A DNA stretch of 32,000 nt from Acaryochloris marina MBIC11017 (lineage in GTDB: Bacteria; Cyanobacteriota; Cyanobacteriia; Thermosynechococcales; Thermosynechococcaceae). Below, one piece after another: positions 16,650 through 24,715 of the stretch. The translations under genes were made by a program, and so were the position numbers. A model generated the notes under the pieces. The model was not told the origin of the DNA. It searched no databases and saw only the letters and a list, made by a program, of their open reading frames with translations. The stretch lies in assembly GCF_000018105.1 (NCBI RefSeq), contig NC_009925.1, forward strand, positions 2,220,001-2,252,000, written 5' to 3'. Every line of letters begins with the position of its first letter. The first letter of the stretch is position 1.

Positions 16650-17177
16650 ATGCATCAGGCACTTCCAAAACTCTTCAAGAAGGATGCTTCCCCTATGCCA
16701 GAAGTTACGACTCCCATCCACCAAACTGGCGACTTTTTTGTGGATTATGAGGAAAAAGTCTTCCCCGATGTGCAGGCCGATCCGGGCGAAAAAGCCTTAG
16801 TTACCTTTCACACTGTCGCTTTTGAAGGATCAATTGGCTTGGTGAACCTATTGCAGGCCACCCGCCTGATTCGCAAAGGATTTGAGACTTCTGTTTTACT
16901 CTATGGTCCTGGTGTAACCCTGGGCGTCCAGCGCGGCTTTCCCAAACTTGGAGATGAAGCTTTCCCCGGTCATATGGCCATGAATAATCAGCTCGTCAAG
17001 ATTATGGAAGAAGGGGGCAAAGTCTATGCCTGCCGATTTGCCCTACAGGCCCTCTACGGTCATGGTGAACCCTCTTTGATTCCGGGGATTCGACCTATCA
17101 ATCCCTTGGATGTCTTGGATATTGTCTTGGTGCACCGCAAAGCAGGGGCCTTTATTCTCGATACCTGGACTATGTAA
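16650..17177 (+). CDS. Nit1C Hyp1 (MSMEG_0572/Sll0783-type nitrogen-starvation-response protein)
   Basis: This is the first gene of the operon, immediately upstream of the nitrilase, which is the position of Hyp1 in Nit1C clusters. If the predicted TSS is near 16634, ATG 16695 (MPEVTT..., preceded by GAAGGA) is the more likely start. Confidence 0.7.
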   Translation: MHQALPKLFKKDASPMPEVTTPIHQTGDFFVDYEEKVFPDVQADPGEKALVTFHTVAFEGSIGLVNLLQATRLIRKGFETSVLLYGPGVTLGVQRGFPKLGDEAFPGHMAMNNQLVKIMEEGGKVYACRFALQALYGHGEPSLIPGIRPINPLDVLDIVLVHRKAGAFILDTWTM

Positions 17178-17207
17178 TCGTTGGGCCAGCCCCTTGAGGT
17201 CATCGTT

Positions 17208-18206
17208 ATGGATCACGAAAAAGCAGTACGAGCTGCTGCGGTGCAGATCAGTCCGGTCTTGTTCAGTCGAGAAGGGACCACGGAGAAGGTTTTGGATGCG
17301 ATCGCATCTGCGGCCCAAGAAGAGGTGCAATTGATTGTCTTCCCGGAAACCTTTGTCCCCTACTATCCCTATTTCTCCTTTGTTCAGCCGCCCGTGGTGA
17401 TGGGGAAGGCCCATATGCAGCTGTATGAAGAAGCAGTGACTGTGCCGGGAGCCGTGGTGGATGCCATCAGCCGAGCCGCTCGCTCCTACGAAATGGTGGT
17501 GGTTCTGGGGGTGAATGAGCGGGAGGGCGGTTCCCTCTATAACACCCAACTGATCTTTGATGCCGATGGCACCTTGGGGCTGAAGCGACGCAAGATTACC
17601 CCTACCTACCACGAACGGATGGTCTGGGGACAAGGAGATGGGGCTGGACTCGCCGTCCTAGAGACGGCAGTGGGTCGGCTAGGGGCCTTGGCCTGCTGGG
17701 AGCATTACAATCCCCTAGCTCGCTATGCCCTGATGGCTCAGCAGGAAGAAATTCACTGTGGGCAGTTCCCCGGATCCATGGTGGGGCAAATCTTTGCCGA
17801 CCAAATGGAGGTGACCATGCGTCACCATGCTCTAGAGTCGGGCTGTTTCGTGGTCAATGCCACGGGCTGGCTTACCCCAGAGCAAAAGCAGCAAATTACC
17901 GCCGATGAAAAACTGCAAAAAGTCCTCAGTGGCGGCTGCTATACCGCCATTATTAGCCCCGAGGGGGTGCCCCTCTGCGACCCCGTGACCGAGGGAGAAG
18001 GGATGGCCATTGCCGATCTCGATTTCTCCCTGATTACCAAACGCAAACGAATGATGGACTCCGTAGGCCATTATTCCCGCCCCGATTTGCTGCAGCTGCA
18101 GGTCAACCAACAAGCGTGGGCCGTAATGCAATCGGCTCCCACCGTACCGCTCCCAGAGCAGGATTCTCCCTTATCCAGTGAGCCCATCCCTCACCCCGTC
18201 GATTAA
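17208..18206 (+). CDS. Nitrilase (carbon-nitrogen hydrolase superfamily, Nit1C/Nit6803-type)
   Basis: Glu-Lys-Cys catalytic triad contexts: [15 protein letters not shown] and [11 protein letters not shown]. The track start 17181 is a TTG. ATG 17208 follows GAGG at 17196-17199. Confidence 0.92.
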   Translation: MDHEKAVRAAAVQISPVLFSREGTTEKVLDAIASAAQEEVQLIVFPETFVPYYPYFSFVQPPVVMGKAHMQLYEEAVTVPGAVVDAISRAARSYEMVVVLGVNEREGGSLYNTQLIFDADGTLGLKRRKITPTYHERMVWGQGDGAGLAVLETAVGRLGALACWEHYNPLARYALMAQQEEIHCGQFPGSMVGQIFADQMEVTMRHHALESGCFVVNATGWLTPEQKQQITADEKLQKVLSGGCYTAIISPEGVPLCDPVTEGEGMAIADLDFSLITKRKRMMDSVGHYSRPDLLQLQVNQQAWAVMQSAPTVPLPEQDSPLSSEPIPHPVD

Positions 18207-18215
18207 CCCAAGATT

Positions 18216-19301
18216 ATGGACAAACAACATCTAATTACTGAACTGCAATCGAACGGACTGCAGGTGATTGCCCCCAGTATTGGCGTAGCGGGTCGTCGGG
18301 GTGGGGCCGGTCCCTCGGATCATAAAGCGGTGACGGTGGATGGGACGACGGTGATGGTTCCGATTTATACGGGAACCGCCAGCCAGTCCCCCTATACCGC
18401 CCAGGTGAATCAAGGCCGGCAAGCGGTGTTAGAGAAAGCCGACCAGGCCGTGGCCACGGTGGAATTTCCTCGGCAACCCCAGTTTTACCAACTACAAACG
18501 GCAGAGGGCATTCCCTACTGGAAGATTGCCCTCCTCCATAGCCATGACGTGTTGGCCACCACGGTATTGCAAACCTGTATGCGGTATCGCGATCCTGATA
18601 CGGCCTGCCAGTTTTGTGCCATTGAAAAGTCCCTAGAGGCGGATCGGACCATTGCTCGCAAAACACCGGAACAACTAGCAGAAGTGGCGGAAGCAGCAGT
18701 GCGCCTGGACGGGGTCCAGCATATGATTATGACCACCGGGACGCCCAATACCCGCGATCGCGGAGCTGCCTACTTAGCCGAATGTGCCCAAGCCATTAAA
18801 GCTCGGGTCAACCTACCGATTCAGGCCCAATGCGAACCCCCGGATGGTTTTGGCTGGTTTGCCCAGATGAAGGCGGCAGGTATCGACAGTTTGGGAATGC
18901 ACCTAGAAGCCGTCGATCCACAGGTGCGATCGCAAATCATGCCCGGTAAAGCCGAAGTCCCCCTATCCCATTACTTTGAAGCCTTTGATGCCGCAGTACA
19001 GGTATTTGGCTGGGGTCAAGTTTCCACCTATTTATTGGCTGGACTGGGCGATAGCCTGGACACGCTGGTGGAGGCTTCACAACGACTTATTGATTTGGGG
19101 GTATATCCCTTTGTTGTGCCCTTTGTCCCTATTTCCAGTACCCCCTTAGCCAATCATCCCGCCCCCAGCAGCGAGTTTATGTTTACCCTCTATCAGCAGG
19201 TGGGGGCGATGCTCAAACAAGCGGGCATGTCCTCGGCAGATATCAATGCAGGATGTGCCAAGTGTGGGGCCTGTTCCGCTTTGTCTACGTTTGAAGCTTA
19301 A
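18216..19301 (+). CDS. Radical-SAM family protein, Nit1C-associated (MSMEG_0568/Sll0785-type)
   Basis: Third position in the Nit1C gene order. The Cys cluster is TCMRYRDPDTACQFCA (Cx9Cx2C). The body looks like a TIM barrel (MTTGTP..., GIDSLGMHLEA). The C-terminus has CAKCGAC. It starts 9 nt after the nitrilase stop. Confidence 0.8.
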   Translation: MDKQHLITELQSNGLQVIAPSIGVAGRRGGAGPSDHKAVTVDGTTVMVPIYTGTASQSPYTAQVNQGRQAVLEKADQAVATVEFPRQPQFYQLQTAEGIPYWKIALLHSHDVLATTVLQTCMRYRDPDTACQFCAIEKSLEADRTIARKTPEQLAEVAEAAVRLDGVQHMIMTTGTPNTRDRGAAYLAECAQAIKARVNLPIQAQCEPPDGFGWFAQMKAAGIDSLGMHLEAVDPQVRSQIMPGKAEVPLSHYFEAFDAAVQVFGWGQVSTYLLAGLGDSLDTLVEASQRLIDLGVYPFVVPFVPISSTPLANHPAPSSEFMFTLYQQVGAMLKQAGMSSADINAGCAKCGACSALSTFEA

Positions 19302-19371
19302 TTTTTAGAGGGTTTATGCCAGCAATCCCCCGATTGCTAGGTAGTACTATTTAGCAGCACAGAGGTATCTG

Positions 19372-19881
19372 ATGGCATCCAGTCGATATTGCTTTAAGTT
19401 GGCGCAATCTCCCCAGGATCTACGGGGATATTTTGACTTGCGTCAGTCTATTTTTTGCCAGGAACAAGGTCTATTTGAAGGGGACGATGAAGACGATATC
19501 GATACCACCGCCTATCCGATCGTAGCTATTGATCAAGAAGCACCTCCAGACCAACAGGTGGTCGGCGTAGTCCGCATTTACGAGGAGCAAGATCGCCTCT
19601 GGTACGGCGGTCGCTTAGGGGTTCATGCTGACTATCGGCGGGTGGGTCGCATCGGTAAGGGCCTGATCTATAAAGCCGTGACCACTGCTAATACTTGGGG
19701 ATGCGATCGCTTCTTGGCTACGGTCCAACTCCAGAACGTTCGGTTTTTTCAACGCCAGCACTGGGACTCCTTAGAAGAGATACAGATTTGCGATCGCCCC
19801 CATCACCTGATGGAAGCAGACTTAGCCTTCTATCCTCCCGGTCATGAACCCCGTCCCCAGCCCCTCCTGCAAGCCTCTTAA
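19372..19881 (+). CDS. GNAT N-acetyltransferase, Nit1C-associated (MSMEG_0567/Sll0786-type)
   Basis: The acetyl-CoA binding segment is LGVHADYRRVGRIGKGLIYKAV. An AGAGG SD lies upstream of ATG 19372. Its stop overlaps the next start (TAATG at 19879-19883). Confidence 0.85.
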   Translation: MASSRYCFKLAQSPQDLRGYFDLRQSIFCQEQGLFEGDDEDDIDTTAYPIVAIDQEAPPDQQVVGVVRIYEEQDRLWYGGRLGVHADYRRVGRIGKGLIYKAVTTANTWGCDRFLATVQLQNVRFFQRQHWDSLEEIQICDRPHHLMEADLAFYPPGHEPRPQPLLQAS

Positions 19882-20882
19882 TGCTGTCGGAGTTAGCCAC
19901 CGAATTACGACAAACCTTGGGCCTGCTGCATAAACGGGATATTCAACCCGTGGCCCGTCACTTGGGGGCTTGGGTCCCGGATAATACCACTCAAAAACCC
20001 ATTTGGTTAGGAGATGACTGTGCCGCTATCCCTGATGGTGAGGGTTATCTATTGCTGGCAGCGGAGGGCATGTGGTCCGTGTTGGTAGAAACAGAACCCT
20101 GGTTTGCAGGCTGGTGTGGAGTACTCGTCAACGTTAGCGATATCTATGCCATGGGAGGCAAACCGATTGCCGTAGTGGATGCCCTCTGGAGTCAGTCCAC
20201 GGATCAGGCAGAACAGCTTTGGCAAGGGATGCAAGCGGCATCTAAGGCCTTTAACGTGCCCATTGTTGGCGGCCATACTCACTGTCATAGCCCCTATAAA
20301 GCTCTATCGGTGGCAATTTTGGGACGCGCCCAACAGTTGATCACCAGTTTCAATGCCCAACCCGGCGATACCTTACTGCTGGTCACCGATCTCAAGGGTC
20401 AGCCCCATCCCAAATATCCGTTTTGGGATGCAGCGACAATGGCAGAACCCCAGACGCTACAGGCCCATCTCAATTTACTGCCCGCCCTGGCTGAGTCAGG
20501 ACTATGCGATGCCGGGAAAGACATTAGCATGGGGGGCTTAGTGGGCACCTTGTTGATGTTACTGGAGACTTCCGGTTGCGGGGCTGAGCTAGACCTAGAG
20601 GCGATTCCCTGTCCTTCGGATTTGGACTTCAAACAGTGGCTGGTGAGTTTTCCCAGTTATGGTTTTTTGCTCAGTGTTAGACCCGATTGTGTGGAGCCAA
20701 TCCAGCAGTTATTTGCCCCCCATGATTTGGTCTGTACAGCCATTGGACAAATCACGCCGGGGCATACCTTAACCCTAAAATCTAGCGCTGAGTCAACTTC
20801 CTTCTGGGACTTGAGCCAAGAATCCCTCACGGGTTTTTCTCCATCCCACGCAGACCGGAAGCACAACCCATCAAACCTCTAA
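19881..20882 (+). CDS. AIR-synthase-related (PurM/ThiL/HypE/SelD-fold) protein, Sll0787-type
   Basis: Motifs LGDDCAAIP, NVSDIYAMGGKP, VGGHT and KDISMGGLVGT are typical of the AIR-synthase-related superfamily. This is the fifth gene in the Nit1C order. Confidence 0.85.
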   Translation: MLSELATELRQTLGLLHKRDIQPVARHLGAWVPDNTTQKPIWLGDDCAAIPDGEGYLLLAAEGMWSVLVETEPWFAGWCGVLVNVSDIYAMGGKPIAVVDALWSQSTDQAEQLWQGMQAASKAFNVPIVGGHTHCHSPYKALSVAILGRAQQLITSFNAQPGDTLLLVTDLKGQPHPKYPFWDAATMAEPQTLQAHLNLLPALAESGLCDAGKDISMGGLVGTLLMLLETSGCGAELDLEAIPCPSDLDFKQWLVSFPSYGFLLSVRPDCVEPIQQLFAPHDLVCTAIGQITPGHTLTLKSSAESTSFWDLSQESLTGFSPSHADRKHNPSNL

Positions 20883-21998
20883 ATTGGGCGGTTGTCGATC
20901 TTGCAGTTGGGCCATTTCGCGATGGAGTTCGGCCTGGAGTTCAGCTTCAGTGGGGAGGTGGAGTTGATAGCGGCTGGCAAAGATTTTGGTTTGTTGGTTG
21001 GGACCAAGGGTGTATTTGACCACGGCATCATTTTTGTCAGAGCAGAGGATTAGACCAAGGGTGGGGTTGTCGTCTGGGGCGCAGCGTTCGAGATCGTAGT
21101 AGTTGACGTAGAGCTGGAGCTGACCAAGGTCGCCGTGGTTGAGTTTGCCGACTTTCAGATCGATCAGAATGTAGCACTTAAGGATGGTGTGGTAGAAAAC
21201 GAGATCAATATAGAAGTGATCGCCTTCGAGGCTGATCCGTTCTTGGCGGGAGACAAAGGCAAATCCTTTGCCCAGTTCGAGCAGAAAGGTTTGCAGGTTG
21301 CTAATCAGGGCGGTTTCGAGGTCGGATTCGACGATACGAGGGGATTCGGGAAGGCCAAGGAATTCAATCACGACAGGGTCTTTGAATACATCGCTGGGAG
21401 TTTGGATAATTTGGCCTTCGGTGGCGAGCTGCATCAGTCCGGCTTTATCGGTGCTTTTGGCGAGGCGCTCAAATAGAAGGCTGCTAATTTGGCGTTCGAG
21501 TTCGCGGGCGGACCAGTTATTTTTGAGCGCTTCGATTTCATAGAAGGATCGGGCATCCAGATTATCGACTCGCATCAGTCTTCGGTAATGGGTCCAAGAC
21601 AGATTGGGATGAAGTTGACCGGGTTGCCAGTTGGGGTTGGATTGAAGGATTTTCGAGAGGTTGAAGGGGGCATCAGAAAGGCTACTCACCGCGTAGCCTT
21701 TGTCCTGGTCACCCAAAAGTTGCGGATAAGCAAAATAAAATTGACGGATAAATTTGAGATTGGCGTAGGAAAAGCCTTTACCAACATCTTTGGTCAGTCT
21801 ACGAGAAAGGTCTTTGAGGAGGTTTTCGCCATATTCGGCCCGCTGTTGTCCCTGTTGTTCTTGTTCGACAATTTCGCGCCCGATCAGCCAGTAGGAGACG
21901 ACTTGTGTCGTATTGACGGTTCGGGAAACGCCGATTTGGGCGGCGTTGAGGATGTCGCGAATACGTTGATATAGCAAATCGGGGTGATTATCGTTCAT
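20871..21998 (-). CDS. DUF1016/YhcG-family PD-(D/E)xK nuclease
   Basis: 375 aa. The N-terminal LYQRIRDIL...SYWLIGREIVEQEQQG..RAEYGE.LLKDLSRRL...FSYANLKFIRQFYFAY is the typical DUF1016 head. The C-terminal nuclease core is FYIDLVFYH...YILIDLKVGKL. It starts 38 nt after the hsdS stop. Confidence 0.85.
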   Translation of the reverse strand: MNDNHPDLLYQRIRDILNAAQIGVSRTVNTTQVVSYWLIGREIVEQEQQGQQRAEYGENLLKDLSRRLTKDVGKGFSYANLKFIRQFYFAYPQLLGDQDKGYAVSSLSDAPFNLSKILQSNPNWQPGQLHPNLSWTHYRRLMRVDNLDARSFYEIEALKNNWSARELERQISSLLFERLAKSTDKAGLMQLATEGQIIQTPSDVFKDPVVIEFLGLPESPRIVESDLETALISNLQTFLLELGKGFAFVSRQERISLEGDHFYIDLVFYHTILKCYILIDLKVGKLNHGDLGQLQLYVNYYDLERCAPDDNPTLGLILCSDKNDAVVKYTLGPNQQTKIFASRYQLHLPTEAELQAELHREMAQLQDRQPPNLEV

Positions 21999-22036
21999 GG
22001 GAACGGGCTTACAGGGGTGGCACTTAGACCTAAAAC

Positions 22037-23758
22037 CTAAACTTCTAGCTGGCCTACTACAGCAGCGGCAAGGGCTGTGGCTTTTTCCTGGGTTTCGTGC
22101 AGGTGGGCTTCGAGGTTGTCACAGAAGGTCATCAGTTGATCGACTTTGATGACTATGCGTTTTTGTTCAGCGAAAGGGGGAAGAGGAAAAACGAATTGCT
22201 TAAGGGAACGAATATTAACATGAGGGACAGTCATTCCAGCCGCATCATTTAATGCTTGATTAAAAATGACTGGAGCATTCATAACCCAAGAAAAAAAGTA
22301 GGGATCTATATTCGAAGCTACACGGAATTGCATCATACGCTGTGAAAGACATATTTCACATTGCGGTGGAACAACCGCCGCTATCCCAAAATTTCCCTCT
22401 CTCGAATAAAAAATATCTCCCTCTTGTGGTATGAGTCTTTGAGTTTGTGTTTGATACTCTTCTATCCCAACTTTTCGAGCTTGATCAACAAGGATTTTAC
22501 CTGGCTGTATATCTGAAGTTCGAATTGCAGGATAACCATTCTCTTGATACTTAGGTGTTCGATGTAAGCAATCAACAATATGAGTGCAAATTGTCTCAAC
22601 ACGAACCCATGTCCACGACCTTGGAATTTGAAACGGCTGTTCTACTTCATCTAAGGGCTTGATTTTCCTAAGTTTGGGAAACGGCTTCTTTTTTGATAAT
22701 GCATTTTTTTCATGCTGAGCCTGCTCAATGACTTTATCTACAGAGCCATCAGTAACAGTCTGTTTCGATAATTTGCCTCTTGCTCCTAGCTGCAAGATGA
22801 CTTTGCGGACGGTCTCAACTTCTTCAGGTTCCTGAATTAGGCATTCCCAATGCTCTTGAACAAATTCCCAGGCCGTATTTAGCGATTCATCTGTTTCAGC
22901 ATTCATCAGGGCATCGTTCGCACTTGCTCGCATTTTTGTTCGTAGGGTGTTGCGATCGCACTTCGATACCTCATAGCGATCGCACATTGCCATCAATTCA
23001 TCCACCTTCGCCACAATCCGCTTCTGCTCTGCAAGAGGTGGTAGTGGTAGACAAATTTGTTCTACGTCTTTAACTCGCAGATGCTTAACTGTCATTCCAA
23101 CAGCATTACTAGCAAGTCGCTTGATTAAACCTGGTTCAGTCAACGCTAACAGTACAAAGTTTCGATCTACAAACTGTTCAAAGACACGAATTAGCATTGT
23201 TCGCTGTCCCAAACAAACTTTCATCCCATCAGGAATAATAGTGGCTTCACCCATTGGAGCTTCGCGCGTAAAGATAATGTCTCCTGGCTCAGGGAAGCAT
23301 CTTCGTGACCAAAACTCATATGTGTCTTGATCTACATATTTCATCCCATGAAAACGGAACTGGCGATTTCTGATATTAGTCGTTCGTATTAGTGGAATAC
23401 CTTCGAAAGTGGTGGGAGCTGTTTTGTTATGACAATCCACAACCAAAAGAGATAAATCAATTAGATGTGCTATCGACCAATTTGACGGTATATCAAAGGG
23501 GGGGACAGAGGATTCTAAAGCAGAGAGCTTTTTCAACATTCTGCGATACTCAGTATTGGAATCCGCAGTTTTTGCTAAATGTTCAGCTCGCTCATTCCTC
23601 AGATTTGCAAGCTGTTCTTGAGCTTGTCCTTCTGTCGGATCTTGCGGCACTAACTTTCCCCGTACCGCCAAATCCAAAATCAACTCCCGCAGCCGTTGCA
23701 CCCCACCCGGCGCTTCCGCAATCACCTCGAAATTATCCCAAAATGTTGGCAAATCCAT
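22037..23758 (-). CDS. hsdS: Type I restriction-modification specificity subunit HsdS (two target-recognition domains)
   Basis: There is an internal duplication. Each half begins with ...L(I/L)L(D/Q)L(A/G)(V/A)RGKL... and ends with LPLPPLAEQKRIVAKVDELMAMCDRYE or FPLPPFAEQKRIVIKVDQLMTFCDNLE. The two intervening regions are AT-rich and variable, as expected for TRDs. Confidence 0.9.
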   Translation of the reverse strand: MDLPTFWDNFEVIAEAPGGVQRLRELILDLAVRGKLVPQDPTEGQAQEQLANLRNERAEHLAKTADSNTEYRRMLKKLSALESSVPPFDIPSNWSIAHLIDLSLLVVDCHNKTAPTTFEGIPLIRTTNIRNRQFRFHGMKYVDQDTYEFWSRRCFPEPGDIIFTREAPMGEATIIPDGMKVCLGQRTMLIRVFEQFVDRNFVLLALTEPGLIKRLASNAVGMTVKHLRVKDVEQICLPLPPLAEQKRIVAKVDELMAMCDRYEVSKCDRNTLRTKMRASANDALMNAETDESLNTAWEFVQEHWECLIQEPEEVETVRKVILQLGARGKLSKQTVTDGSVDKVIEQAQHEKNALSKKKPFPKLRKIKPLDEVEQPFQIPRSWTWVRVETICTHIVDCLHRTPKYQENGYPAIRTSDIQPGKILVDQARKVGIEEYQTQTQRLIPQEGDIFYSREGNFGIAAVVPPQCEICLSQRMMQFRVASNIDPYFFSWVMNAPVIFNQALNDAAGMTVPHVNIRSLKQFVFPLPPFAEQKRIVIKVDQLMTFCDNLEAHLHETQEKATALAAAVVGQLEV

Positions 23759-24204
23759 TAGACTTCCAGCTCATCTACAACCAAAACCTGCAGCTCAGCC
23801 ACCTTCTTCAGCTGAAAATCATTTGTCAAAAAACCATCACATCCAGACACAATCGCAGTCGCAAGCTGCAAAGCATCCGGTAACTTCAGAGAATATTGAA
23901 CCCGTAATTGAGCCGCTTTTACCGCGATTCCGGCATCAATCGCAACAAAGGTCGTAAACGCTGCCGTTGTGATCACATCCGTGAAAACCTGTTGTTGTTG
24001 AGAATTGCTATCTCTTAGAGGAAACATCAACGTTTCCGCCAAGGTCACCGGAGAAGTCACCGCCACAAAATCTCCTCGACTCAGACTCCGAAAAATCGGT
24101 TGCAACAGCACAAAATACTGCGGATGTTGCTCTACATAGTAAATAACAGGTGCGGTATCGAGGAACAATCGATTGATGCCGGAAAGCACCGCATCGATCC
24201 TCAT
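23758..24204 (-). CDS. vapC: PIN-domain toxin (VapC-like)
   Basis: LFLDTAPVIYYVE near the N-terminus (first acidic residue of the PIN fold) and FLTNDFQLKKV near the C-terminus. ATG 24204 overlaps the upstream stop as ATGA (plus-strand tcat at 24201-24204). Its own stop overlaps the hsdS ATG (TAATG at 23760-23756). Confidence 0.75.
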   Translation of the reverse strand: MRIDAVLSGINRLFLDTAPVIYYVEQHPQYFVLLQPIFRSLSRGDFVAVTSPVTLAETLMFPLRDSNSQQQQVFTDVITTAAFTTFVAIDAGIAVKAAQLRVQYSLKLPDALQLATAIVSGCDGFLTNDFQLKKVAELQVLVVDELEV

Positions 24205-24686
24205 ACCGATGTTTGCCACTGATTTTCGCGATCGTCCCACTCATCACGCATTTTCGTCACCCAAACCTGCGCATTTTCTTCTCTACCAGCACCAGCCGCA
24301 ATCCCCTCTAACTCTAGCCACGATCGTTTAGATGCGATAGTCTCCGCCTCAATATCAGCTAAATCTTCGACCCACTCTGCCCAGCGTCGTTTTAGTTCAG
24401 CTTGATCCACTTGCTCTGCTGCTTGAGACTGAGGATTGGATATGGTCTCTGCATTCGAATATTCCTTAGCCAATAGCAGGACTTCATCCAAATTCCTGAC
24501 ATCCCCCGCCGCAATATCCGCTTCTGCTCTGGCAATAAACGCATCCAATCGTCCCGCCTCCGCATCCGTCTTAATCTGTGCATCCCAGGCATCATCTAAA
24601 TAATCCACCAACCATGCTGACAACTGCCGTGCCTCATCCTCCGGCAACTGTCGAATTGCTGCTTCAATTTCAGCCACTGTGGTCAT
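24201..24686 (-). CDS. Antitoxin-like protein, unusually long (161 aa; apparently two antitoxin-like modules)
   Basis: ATG 24686 is preceded by a strong AAGGAG SD. The track start 24728 is a TTG that overlaps hsdM. The N-terminal part MTTVAEIEAAIRQLPEDEARQLSAWLVDYL..WDAQIKTDAEAGRLD resembles addiction-module antitoxins. The C-terminal SWLELEGIAAG....AQVWVTKMRDEWDDRE resembles cyanobacterial partners of PIN toxins. Confidence 0.6.
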   Translation of the reverse strand: MTTVAEIEAAIRQLPEDEARQLSAWLVDYLDDAWDAQIKTDAEAGRLDAFIARAEADIAAGDVRNLDEVLLLAKEYSNAETISNPQSQAAEQVDQAELKRRWAEWVEDLADIEAETIASKRSWLELEGIAAGAGREENAQVWVTKMRDEWDDRENQWQTSV

Positions 24687-24715
24687 CTCGCCATCTCCTT
24701 GCTCAAAGGATTTTC

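Noticed and set aside
17043-18748. Antisense ORFs across the nitrilase and radical-SAM genes (17043..17633, 17832..18131, 18235..18666, 18515..18748) and same-strand 17110..17334
   Set aside because: They are shadow ORFs within well-supported genes. Their compositions are Gly/Pro/His/Arg-rich, as is typical of antisense frames.
21135-21974. Three plus-strand ORFs (113, 91 and 161 aa) opposite the DUF1016 gene
   Set aside because: The minus-strand product is a full-length, motif-bearing DUF1016 nuclease. The plus-strand products have no motifs.
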